This document shows positions 43,357 to 52,303 of a stretch of DNA of 62,994 nt, piece by piece (the first letter of the stretch is position 1; each line of letters opens with the position of its first letter). Origin of the DNA: a virus (taxonomy: Duplodnaviria > Caudoviricetes); IMG/VR virus record IMGVR_UViG_3300048839_001305, positions 1 through 62,994 of that record, one strand, 5' to 3'. The translations under genes and the position numbers were made by a program. The notes beneath the pieces were generated by a model. That model made no database searches. It was not told where the DNA came from and saw nothing but the letters and a program-made list of their open reading frames with translations.

Positions 43357-45184
43357 CCTGGCGCTGCCCACCGTCACGCAGGCCACCCACCCGACCCGCG
43401 CCGCGCGGGTGCGCCGGGCGCTGCGACTCTTTGTCGAAGAGACGGCCGCGCCGCGCCGCGCGGCGGCCGTGGACGCGCTGGAGCGCGAGACGGCCGGGCG
43501 CGTGGCCAAGTGGTTCGTCTTTCAGGGCCAGGTCGCGGTGCGCGTGCTGGGGGCGGAGATGGGGCCGCGACTGGACGCCTCCGCCCGGCGCGAGAGCCGT
43601 CTGCGCGAGGACATCTCCTGGGAGGAGTGGGACTACCTCTTGAACGGCGTGTTCATGGGCAACCACCCCGGCGGGATGCTGGCCCTGCGCGACATCATCA
43701 GCGACGGCCGCGCGACCGCCTACGCGCGCGGGGCGGAAGAGACGCTGGCCGGGACGGGGCTGGGGGTGCGCTTCGCCGTGGGTAGCCCCGCGGCCGTGGC
43801 CCACGCCCGCGCCGTCGCCGCCGCCCAGGTAACGCGCATCAACGACACCACCCGTGACCAGTTGCGGACGCTCATCACCCAGGCGGTCGAGAACGGCTGG
43901 TCGTGGAACCGCACGGCCGAGGCCATCACCGAGCGCTACAAGGACTTCGCCGGCGCGCCCCTCTTCCCGTCGCGCACCTTCCGCAGCCGGGCGGAGATGG
44001 TCGCCGCTTACGAGATTGGCGACGCCTACGAGGCCGGAAGCGAGGCCCAGGCGCTGGCGCTGGCGGCCGAGGGCGTGACGATGGAGAAGTCGTGGCTCGA
44101 CGCCGGGGACGCGCGGGTGCGTCCGGCCCACCGGGCCAACGCCGCCGCGGGCTGGATTCCCCTGGACGCCACTTTCCCCGACGGGTCGCGGCGCTCGCCG
44201 ACCGACGCCGGTTGCCGCTGCGCCGTCGCCTACCGCGCGCGCGAGGCCGTCCCCGGCGACGACGCGACCGGCGCGGGCGGCCCGGATGCGGCGGCCGTGG
44301 CCCTGGCCCCCATTGATTCGTTGTCGATGCGACCGGAGTACATCGGCCGCGGTGTGGCCGAGTCGGTCTTCCAATCCGACGCCTCGGAACGGGCGCGGCA
44401 ACGGGCGATGAAGCTGTCGGCCCGCTGGGACCGCTACACGCGGCTGGGGGACGCGGCGCTCGATCTGGACTTGCAGATCGCGCTGGCCATTGAGGGCAAA
44501 CAGCCGGAAGAGCGGATCGTGGCGCTGGAGAAGCAGTTGAAGCGGACGGCAATTTTGCGGCGCAAGGCGTATGACCACTACCACGCCGGGGCGCGCGCGG
44601 CGCTGGCCCTGCCGGAGGCGCGACGTTCGACCTTCACCGCCACCGTGACCCTCGCCGGTCGCTCACAGACGGCCGCGCGCGAGGTGCTGGACGAGGTGCG
44701 GCAGATGGTGTCGGCCACGACGCTGCCCGGCGACGTGCGCGTGCGCGTGGCCAGGACGCTGGACAGTGAACGCGCCTACGCCACCGGCAGCAACGTCTTC
44801 CTGACCGGCAGCCCCTATGAACACATGGGGTCGTCCCTGTTCCACGAGATGGGGCACGTCATCGAGGACAACAACGAGATGGTGTCGGAACTGGCCTGGG
44901 CCTTCCACCGCCGCCGCACGCGCGGCGAATCGCCGGTGGCCCTCAACGAACTGGCCGAGTACCCCACCTACGACGCGGCCGAGTTGACCTGGCGGGACGA
45001 ATTCATCGACCCCTACATGGGCAAGGTCTACACGACCGGCGCGACGGAGATCGTCTCGACCGGCCTCCAGTACATGCGCCACAGCCCGGAGGATTTGGCC
45101 GCGCGCGACCCGGACTACTTCCATTTCATGTACCACCTGCTGCGCGGCGATCTGGACTATCTGGCCGAGAGGATGAGCCAGTGA
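43346..45184 (+). CDS. MuF/gp7 minor head protein fused to HEXXH metallopeptidase
   Basis: INDTTRDQLR, KSWLDAGDARVRPAH, GCRC; C-terminal LFHEMGHVIE, YMGKVY, TEIVSTG. Confidence 0.85.
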   Translation: MALSLALPTVTQATHPTRAARVRRALRLFVEETAAPRRAAAVDALERETAGRVAKWFVFQGQVAVRVLGAEMGPRLDASARRESRLREDISWEEWDYLLNGVFMGNHPGGMLALRDIISDGRATAYARGAEETLAGTGLGVRFAVGSPAAVAHARAVAAAQVTRINDTTRDQLRTLITQAVENGWSWNRTAEAITERYKDFAGAPLFPSRTFRSRAEMVAAYEIGDAYEAGSEAQALALAAEGVTMEKSWLDAGDARVRPAHRANAAAGWIPLDATFPDGSRRSPTDAGCRCAVAYRAREAVPGDDATGAGGPDAAAVALAPIDSLSMRPEYIGRGVAESVFQSDASERARQRAMKLSARWDRYTRLGDAALDLDLQIALAIEGKQPEERIVALEKQLKRTAILRRKAYDHYHAGARAALALPEARRSTFTATVTLAGRSQTAAREVLDEVRQMVSATTLPGDVRVRVARTLDSERAYATGSNVFLTGSPYEHMGSSLFHEMGHVIEDNNEMVSELAWAFHRRRTRGESPVALNELAEYPTYDAAELTWRDEFIDPYMGKVYTTGATEIVSTGLQYMRHSPEDLAARDPDYFHFMYHLLRGDLDYLAERMSQ

Positions 45185-45441
45185 GCGCCGACATCTACCT
45201 GAACGGCCGCCGGGCCACCGTCGAGCACGGCGTCTGGTCGGTCGAGGGCGACGACGCGGCGGCGCGGGCCTGGACGCGACTGCTGGGCGACATGACCCCG
45301 CCGGCGGGCGTTTCGCCCACGGTGGGGCGGCCGGACGTGTGGCTGGCCCGCCGGGCGGTCGATTGGCTGGGCCGCGCGGGCCAGCGGGCGGCGCTGGTTT
45401 ACGTCAGCGCCGAACAGTACGAGCCGGGGAGGGTCTACTGA
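45181..45441 (+). CDS. Small protein after MuF fusion, candidate immunity protein
   Basis: GTGA coupling with the toxin-like gene; function inferred from position. Confidence 0.5.
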   Translation: MSADIYLNGRRATVEHGVWSVEGDDAAARAWTRLLGDMTPPAGVSPTVGRPDVWLARRAVDWLGRAGQRAALVYVSAEQYEPGRVY

Positions 45442-45800
45442 TGGGTGACGTCAGCTTCACCTGGGACAAGTCGCCGGCCGACATCGGCCGCGCCGTCGAG
45501 CGCTTCAGCCACCTGGCGGGGACGCGCGTCGAGCAGGCGGCGCGGGCCGAGGCGGCCTCGTCGGCGGCCGACATGAAGCGCGAGCGGCCGTGGCGGGACA
45601 TCACCGGCAACGCCCGGCGCGGTCTGCGCGGTGAGGTCGAGACGAGCGGCTGGCGCATCTCGCTCTACCTCATCCACTCGGCCGAGTACGGGCGCAATCT
45701 TGAACTGGGCCACGCCGGGCGCTACGCGGTCATCGTGCCGACGCTGCACGGCAAGACCATCCCGCGCCTGCGGCGACGGCTCCAGGGGGTGATGAAGTGA
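45441..45800 (+). CDS. HK97 gp10-like tail completion protein
   Basis: PWRDITGNARRGL..HSAEYG..LE. Confidence 0.75.
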   Translation: MGDVSFTWDKSPADIGRAVERFSHLAGTRVEQAARAEAASSAADMKRERPWRDITGNARRGLRGEVETSGWRISLYLIHSAEYGRNLELGHAGRYAVIVPTLHGKTIPRLRRRLQGVMK

Positions 45801-46213
45801 CGCCGACGGCCGCCGTTCACGCCGTTCTGTCGGCCGACGCGACGCTGGTCGCGCTTCTGCCGGGCGGGGTGTGGTCGGGTCTGCCGGAGATAACCCGGCA
45901 ACTCGCGCCGGGGGCGTTTGACGCCAACGGCGAGTTACAGACCTGCGCCCTGGTCAAGTCGGACGGGGAGCGTGACGCCGGGCCGCGTCGCATCGCCGGG
46001 GCGCAACTGGTCAACGTGTGGGTCTACGACCGCGCGAGCGACGGGCGGGTCGAGGAAGTGCTGACCCGCGTTCACGAACTGCTGCACCGGCGGCCGCTGG
46101 GCAACCAGATGTGGGAGGCGTCGCGCTTCGCTGCCACCTGGGGCTGGCGCGAAGAGGCGCTCTCGGCGCGCGGCGGGGTCGGCCGCTATGAGGTTCACGT
46201 CTACCGGGGGTAG
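45797..46213 (+). CDS. Tail terminator-like protein
   Basis: VHAVLSADATLVALL; position. Confidence 0.65.
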   Translation: MTPTAAVHAVLSADATLVALLPGGVWSGLPEITRQLAPGAFDANGELQTCALVKSDGERDAGPRRIAGAQLVNVWVYDRASDGRVEEVLTRVHELLHRRPLGNQMWEASRFAATWGWREEALSARGGVGRYEVHVYRG

Positions 46214-46265
46214 CGGTTTACCCGGTGCGGTTGAAATTCGTCCCACTGGGACAAGGGAGTGAGAG

Positions 46266-46601
46266 ATGGCACGACAGACAAAGACGGTTGAGAAGACAGT
46301 CAACACCGGGCTTGTCGCTACCTACGCCGCGGCCCACGCCGACGGCCATGCGGCCACGTGGCACCGGGACATGGTCTACCACGTGAAGCAGGGGGTCGGC
46401 GCGCGGGTGGCGACCATCGCCGTGGGCAAGACCTTCGAGGGGCGGGCCATTACCGCCCTGACGGTCAACATCGCCCAGAACACGGAAGTGTTTATCGGCC
46501 CGTTCCACCCGGACTACGTGCAGGCCGACGGCACGGTGTGGATCACCTTCGACGCCACGACCAACACCACGCTGGCGGCGCTGCGGACGGGGGTGGCCTG
46601 A
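46266..46601 (+). CDS. Small beta-rich virion protein
   Basis: FIGPF...Y..DGTVWI; position. Confidence 0.6.
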   Translation: MARQTKTVEKTVNTGLVATYAAAHADGHAATWHRDMVYHVKQGVGARVATIAVGKTFEGRAITALTVNIAQNTEVFIGPFHPDYVQADGTVWITFDATTNTTLAALRTGVA

Positions 46602-47029
46602 TGAACGAGACGGTCAAGATCGCCATGCGGCCGGGGATGTACCGGCGCGTGCTGGGCGAGTACGTGTGGGCAGAGGCCAACGGCTTCAAGGCGGACGTGG
46701 ACATCCCCACGGCGGCCGAACTGCTGACCTATCCCGGCGGCGGTTACTGGCTGGGCGAACGGCCGCGGCCGGCGGCGCTCAAGGCGCTGGCCGAGGCCAT
46801 GAACATCGACCCCAGGAACCTGGTGCTGCCGGCCGAGGAGAAGGCGGCCGAGCGCACGCTCGACCAGGTGACGGGCGGCAAGTGGGCCATGCAGCTGTCG
46901 GAGCATGGCATCCGGCGGCCGGAGCAGCTGGCGGCGCTGGACGCGGCCGGACAAGAACAGCTGGCCACGGTGTCGGGCGCAAGCCTTGACGAGGTGCGGG
47001 CCTGGGTGCAGCAGGCCAAACAGGAGTAG
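46601..47029 (+). CDS. Tail-region protein with HhH-like C-terminus
   Basis: LSEHGIRRPEQLAALD...WVQQAK. Confidence 0.6.
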   Translation: MNETVKIAMRPGMYRRVLGEYVWAEANGFKADVDIPTAAELLTYPGGGYWLGERPRPAALKALAEAMNIDPRNLVLPAEEKAAERTLDQVTGGKWAMQLSEHGIRRPEQLAALDAAGQEQLATVSGASLDEVRAWVQQAKQE

Positions 47030-47089
47030 TGGGACTTTAGCCCGCAGGGGCTTCAGCCACAAGGGGTAAAGCCCCAAGGGGAGCAAGAG

Positions 47090-47620
47090 ATGGCAAACAA
47101 GACCTATGGCAAGTTCACCCGCGGCCTGCGTGATATCAAGATCACCAACGCCGCGGGCACGGTGCAGGAAGACCTGGACGCGGCGGTGACGTTCACCTTC
47201 AAGCCGACCGTTTCGACGGCCGTCCTGCGCGGCGATGACGTGGAAAAGGTGCGCTACACCTCGGTTTCCGGTGGTGAAGGCACGCTGTCGGCCGGCGGTT
47301 ACTCGTCGGCCGCCCTGGCGATCATGCTGGGCGTCACCCTGACGGTGGCCGGTTCTTCGCCCAATGAGACGACGACGATGGACATCCCGGAAGGGCTGGT
47401 CTTGCCGTCGTTCAAGATTTACGGCATGGCCTACGACAAGAGCGGTGGGGCCAAGCAGGTGCTTCTGGGCAACTGCACCCTGACCGAGCTGCCGGAAATC
47501 TCCTTCCAGGACGAGGAGTTCTACGTCACCAACCTCAACGTGGGGGTGTCGGCCGATTCCAACGGCCGCATCGCCCGCTACATCCAGCAGGAGACGGCCG
47601 CGGCGCTGCCGACGAGCTAG
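47090..47620 (+). CDS. Major tail (tube) protein
   Basis: GLRDIK, LRGDD; upstream of chaperone and tape measure. Confidence 0.8.
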   Translation: MANKTYGKFTRGLRDIKITNAAGTVQEDLDAAVTFTFKPTVSTAVLRGDDVEKVRYTSVSGGEGTLSAGGYSSAALAIMLGVTLTVAGSSPNETTTMDIPEGLVLPSFKIYGMAYDKSGGAKQVLLGNCTLTELPEISFQDEEFYVTNLNVGVSADSNGRIARYIQQETAAALPTS

Positions 47621-47688
47621 GCCGCTGAACCGGGCCAGGGGAGGGGGCGGACGGCCGCCCTCTCCCCACCGGACGCGAGGGAGAACAC

Positions 47689-48111
47689 ATGAGCAAGCGC
47701 AGCACGAGCAAGTATCTGGCCCAGTGGCAGGCGCGCCGCGCGCCGCGCACGCTGGAGTTGAGCGACGGCCTGATGGTCGATCTCCGGCCGGTGGACATCA
47801 CGACCCTGATGTTCAGCGGCTCCATCCCCATGCCGCTGATGCGCGAGGTGATGGAGATGAAGCCGGCGGCCGACGGGGAGTACGACCCCAACGACGTGGC
47901 CGTGATGATGCCGCTCATCGACGCGGTGGTGCTGGCGACCGTCATCGACCCGCCGCTTTCGCCCGATGGGGCCGAGGGGACGCTACCGCTGGATGCGATC
48001 TGGTTCGTGGACAAGATGTCCATCTACCGGGAGGTGAGCAAACCGGCAACGGCGCTCCAGCCTTTTCGTCAACAACCGGACGGAGATGAGGCTCCTGTAT
48101 CTGGTGGCTAA
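47689..48111 (+). CDS. Tail assembly chaperone (G-like)
   Basis: Between tail tube and tape measure; ends LQPFRQ. Confidence 0.8.
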   Translation: MSKRSTSKYLAQWQARRAPRTLELSDGLMVDLRPVDITTLMFSGSIPMPLMREVMEMKPAADGEYDPNDVAVMMPLIDAVVLATVIDPPLSPDGAEGTLPLDAIWFVDKMSIYREVSKPATALQPFRQQPDGDEAPVSGG

Positions 48112-48265
48112 GACCTTCGGCGGGCGGCCGAGCGACTACGTCGGCGTGCGCGACAAGTGGGCCGCCTACCAACTGGACGCGGCCGTGCTGATGGCGTCGC
48201 TGGGCGATGAGGACGAGGACGGGGCCGGGCCGGTCAGCTCTAACTGGGACGATATAGCAGGGTAG
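48065..48265 (+). CDS. Chaperone extension (T-like), probably reached by +1 frameshift
   Basis: +1 frame FVNNRTEMRLLYLVAKTFGGRPSDY...AYQLDAAV, ending TAG 48265. Confidence 0.7.
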   Translation, partial: FVNNRTEMRLLYLVAKTFGGRPSDYVGVRDKWAAYQLDAAVLMASLGDEDEDGAGPVSSNWDDIAG

Positions 48266-48292
48266 CAGAGTAGCGAACGGGAGCCGTAACGG

Positions 48293-51200
48293 ATGACCTC
48301 AATCTCGCTCGGCAGCGCGTCGGCAAAAGTCGATCTGGACGTCAGTGGCCTCCGGCGGGGTGTCACCGAAGCCCAGAAGGCTTTAGGCACGCTCCAGAAC
48401 ACGGCCAAGATGGCCTTCGGCGCGGTGGGGCTGGGGGCGGGGGCCGGGTTCGCCCTGGCCGTTAAGTCGGCCGTGGACATGAACGCCACGCTGGAGACCA
48501 CGCGCCTCCAGTTCGAGACGCTCATGGGGTCGGCCGATGAGGCGCGCGAACACGTCGCGGACTTGTTCGACTTCGCCAAGCGCACCCCTTTTGAGACAGG
48601 GCCGATCATCCAGGCGTCGCGGCAGATGCGGGTCTTCGGCGGTGACGCCCTGGACACCGAAGAGAACCTGACGCGCGTCGGCGACACGGCCGCGGCCATC
48701 GGCGCGCCGATTGAGGACATCTCCTTCTGGGTCGGCCGGGCCTACGCCGCCATTCAGGGCGGGCAGCCGTTCGGCGAGGCGGCCCAGAACCTCATGCAGC
48801 TGGGCGCGGTCAGCCCCCAGGTCGTGGCCGAGATGAACCGCCTGCGCGACGCGGGCGCGTCGGCCGACGAGATTTTCGCCGTCTTCCAGACCCACATGGA
48901 CGGCTTCTCCGGGGCGATGGAGAAGCAGTCGCGCACCTGGTCGGGCCTGATGGCCACCATCTCCGACTCGGTGAAGATGGCCCTGGCCGACGCGCTGCTA
49001 CCCTTCTTCGAGGGGGCCAAGTCCGGGCTGGAGCAGATCGTCGCCATTCTGGACGACCCGGACACGCAAGCCGCGATTGCCGACTTCGCCGCGCGGCTAT
49101 CGGAGATGATGGCCGTCATCATCCCCCTGGCGATTGAGCATGGCCCGGCGCTCGTCAAGGTCATGGGGGCGCTGATGGCCGTCCTGGGCGCGGTCACGGT
49201 CGTCAACAAGGCCGTCAAGGGCTACCTGGCCCTGAAGGCGGTCATTTCGGGCGTGGCGGCCTTCTTCGGCCTGACGGCCACGGCCGGCACGGCCGCCGCC
49301 GCGGGCACGGCCGCCGCCGGAGCCGCGGCCACCGGGGCCACGGCCGCCGTGGGCGGTCTGAGCGGCGTGCTGGCGGCCCTGACCGGCCCCATCGGCCTGG
49401 TCATCGCCGCCGTGGGCCTGCTGGCGGTGGCCTGGAACAAGAACTGGTTCGGCATCCGCGACCGGACGGCCGAGGCCGTAGCCAAGGTGCGGGAGATCAT
49501 CGACAGGGGGATGGCCCTGCTGCGCGGCCTGTGGGACAAGCACGGCGCGGGGATTCTGGCCGCCTGGCAGAAGATTTGGGCGGCCGTCACCCTCTACTTC
49601 CGCACGACCTGGGAGAACATCCAGTCGATCTTCAAGATTTTCGCCGCCATCTTCCGGGGGGATTGGGAAGAGGTCGGCCGCCAGGTGCGCCAGATTTGGG
49701 AGCGCACACTCCACATGCTGGTGACGGTCTTTACCAACCTGTGGGACGCGCTACGCCCGGCGCTGGCCTCGCTGGCGGCCAAGATCGTCGCCTGGTGGCT
49801 CGGCATTGACTGGGGCGACCTGGGACGCAAGGCGGCGCGGGGCATTGCCGAGGGGCTGGCCTCAAGCGACTTCGAGCGCGGCTTCGGCGGGTATGAGTCG
49901 GGGCAGCGGGTGCGCGAGGCGTTCCTGTCCGGCTGGCGTGACGCGGCCGAGGATGACAGCTGGGCCGATTGGGCGGCCAAGGAGGCCGAACAGGTCGCCG
50001 AGCGACAGGCCGCCGCCATCCAGCAGGGGGCGGAGACGGCCGATAGGGCCATGCTGGCCTACGCCGAAGGTTACGGCGAGGTGACCCAGGCGGCGGGGTT
50101 GACCGTGTCCCAACTGGCCCGCGTTCGCTCGGAGATAGGCCAGACCGGCGACGGCATGAAGCTGGCGGCCGACCGGTCGGACAAGTTCGCCGCGGGCATG
50201 GACTCGCTGACGGCCGCCGCGACGCGCAACAAGACGGCCATTGATGAGGCCGCCGCCGCCGCCCAGCGGTACGCCGCCGCCTTTGCCGGGGTGCAGGCCG
50301 ACTACGTGACCGAGCGGCCCAAAGCCGAAGACCCCCTCGTAACCCCGGAGCGCACCGTCACGGTGACGACGCAAATCAGCGGGCCGACCGAGGAGCAGCG
50401 GGCGCTGGCCGAACGGTACACGGCCGAGTTGGACAAGCTACGCGAGAGCTACGTTGAGCTGACCAGCGGCGTCGGCACGTTCGGCATGGAGCAGGAGAAG
50501 CTCGACGAGAAGATCGCCGAGACGGCCGGGGAGATCGCCCACTACGAAGGGCTGCTGGCCGGACTGCCGGCGGCGGTCAATGAGGTATCGACTAGCCAGC
50601 AGGGGCTTAAGGTCAACGTAGACGCGGTGCATCAGGGCATCTACGACCAGCTGGTGCAGATGAACGCCGCGCCGGAGGTCATTACCGCCTACGCCGTAGC
50701 CACGGGCATCATGACCACGGCCCAGGCCGAGGCCGCTCTACAGGCGGCGGCGGTCAAGGTCAAGATCGAGGAGCTGGGCACCAAGATCGCCGAGGGCATG
50801 CCCATCGACAAGGCCCTGGCCGACCTCGACGCCTTTATCTCCAAGATCGAGGGGGGCGCGGTTCCGGCGGCCCAGACGATGGCCAACGACGTGCCCCTGG
50901 CGCTGGCTCCCATGTCGGAGGAGATGTCCACCCAGGCCACGGCCGCCGGTGAGGCCGTGCCGGACAACATCGCCGGCGGCATTACCGACAACCTGGAGAC
51001 GGCGACAGAGGCAGCGACAGAGGCGGCCGACGCCGTGACCCAGGCCGTGCGCGACGCCCACGGCATCGAAGGGGAGTCGTCTTCGGTCTTCGCCGACATC
51101 GGCGCGCAGGACATCACCGGCCTCATCGAAGGCGCCGAAGGGCTGGAGGGCGACGCGGTGGACACGATGGAGGGCATCGGCCAGTCCACGGTCGACGCCT

Positions 51201-52300
51201 GGGACCCGACCATCAGCGCGGCCGAGGGCATCGGCGTGGCCATCATGGACGGCATCATCGCCGGGATCGAATCGCGGCGCGGGGCGCTGAATTCCACAAT
51301 GGAATCCGTGTCAGCCGAGGCCATCCGCGTAACCGAAGGGGCCAACGAGATCGCCTCTCCCTCGCGGCTGTATATGAACATCGGCCAGGAGATCATCGCC
51401 GGTATCGTGGCCGGGCTGGACGCCGAGCAGGACACCCTCTACGGCAAGCTGACCGACATAGCCAACACCCTCTACGGCATCGGCAACCGCGTCTTCGGGC
51501 TGCAAGCCGACGCCCTGGGGGCCGACATCGACGCGACCATCGACCGGATGACGGCCGCCTTCGACGCGTTGCGGCAGACGTTCGGCGACACGGTGGTGGA
51601 CAACCTGCTGAACATGTCGGAGAGCAACCGGGCCTTCTTCGTCGCCTGGCTGCGCGGGTCGTCGGCTTACCAGAACAACGTCGAGGTGCAGCGGAATCTG
51701 GACGAGGTCATCCGGCTGGCGAACGAGCGCAACGCGCTGGAGCAGGAGTACATCCGGCAACAGGATGAGCTGGCGGCGCTGGAAGCGGAGCGGTCGCGGC
51801 TCGACTTCCTCCAGACGCAGGTCGAGCTACTTGACCTCATCCGCGAGAACAACCTGGGCGCGGACATTCTCGACGGCCTGACGCTGGGGCTGGACGCCTC
51901 CATGACCGACATTCTGGCGGCCATGACCGAGGCCACGCGGCAACTGGTGGAGCGGGCCAACGACGAACTTGAGATCGCCTCGCCGTCGGCCGTCTTCCGG
52001 CGCATCGGCGAGCGGGTGATGGAAGGGCTGGCCGGTGGCTTGTCCCAGACCCGCGACGTGCAGGCGCAGATCGCCGAGACGACGCGGCACATGACCGCGC
52101 TGGGCCTGGCCGACACGCGGGCGCTGGAAGGGCGCTTGCAGGCCGGGCTGAACCGGACGATCCGGGTCGAGGCGCAGGGGTTGAACCCCACACAGCACGT
52201 CGCCATCTACGGCGGCTACAACGTCGAGGTGCAGGGGCGGCCGACCACCGACCCGCTGCGCGATCTGTGGCAGGCCAATCTGCCTTATCAGCGGGGGTAA
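48293..52300 (+). CDS. Tape measure protein
   Basis: 1335 aa; FAKRTPFE tape-measure domain; W-spaced repeats; IASPS motifs. Confidence 0.95.
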   Translation: MTSISLGSASAKVDLDVSGLRRGVTEAQKALGTLQNTAKMAFGAVGLGAGAGFALAVKSAVDMNATLETTRLQFETLMGSADEAREHVADLFDFAKRTPFETGPIIQASRQMRVFGGDALDTEENLTRVGDTAAAIGAPIEDISFWVGRAYAAIQGGQPFGEAAQNLMQLGAVSPQVVAEMNRLRDAGASADEIFAVFQTHMDGFSGAMEKQSRTWSGLMATISDSVKMALADALLPFFEGAKSGLEQIVAILDDPDTQAAIADFAARLSEMMAVIIPLAIEHGPALVKVMGALMAVLGAVTVVNKAVKGYLALKAVISGVAAFFGLTATAGTAAAAGTAAAGAAATGATAAVGGLSGVLAALTGPIGLVIAAVGLLAVAWNKNWFGIRDRTAEAVAKVREIIDRGMALLRGLWDKHGAGILAAWQKIWAAVTLYFRTTWENIQSIFKIFAAIFRGDWEEVGRQVRQIWERTLHMLVTVFTNLWDALRPALASLAAKIVAWWLGIDWGDLGRKAARGIAEGLASSDFERGFGGYESGQRVREAFLSGWRDAAEDDSWADWAAKEAEQVAERQAAAIQQGAETADRAMLAYAEGYGEVTQAAGLTVSQLARVRSEIGQTGDGMKLAADRSDKFAAGMDSLTAAATRNKTAIDEAAAAAQRYAAAFAGVQADYVTERPKAEDPLVTPERTVTVTTQISGPTEEQRALAERYTAELDKLRESYVELTSGVGTFGMEQEKLDEKIAETAGEIAHYEGLLAGLPAAVNEVSTSQQGLKVNVDAVHQGIYDQLVQMNAAPEVITAYAVATGIMTTAQAEAALQAAAVKVKIEELGTKIAEGMPIDKALADLDAFISKIEGGAVPAAQTMANDVPLALAPMSEEMSTQATAAGEAVPDNIAGGITDNLETATEAATEAADAVTQAVRDAHGIEGESSSVFADIGAQDITGLIEGAEGLEGDAVDTMEGIGQSTVDAWDPTISAAEGIGVAIMDGIIAGIESRRGALNSTMESVSAEAIRVTEGANEIASPSRLYMNIGQEIIAGIVAGLDAEQDTLYGKLTDIANTLYGIGNRVFGLQADALGADIDATIDRMTAAFDALRQTFGDTVVDNLLNMSESNRAFFVAWLRGSSAYQNNVEVQRNLDEVIRLANERNALEQEYIRQQDELAALEAERSRLDFLQTQVELLDLIRENNLGADILDGLTLGLDASMTDILAAMTEATRQLVERANDELEIASPSAVFRRIGERVMEGLAGGLSQTRDVQAQIAETTRHMTALGLADTRALEGRLQAGLNRTIRVEAQGLNPTQHVAIYGGYNVEVQGRPTTDPLRDLWQANLPYQRG

Positions 52301-52303
52301 GGG

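Noticed and set aside
48055-48089. Canonical -1 tail chaperone frameshift
   Set aside because: No XXXYYYZ heptamer, and the -1 frame stops at 48087-48089
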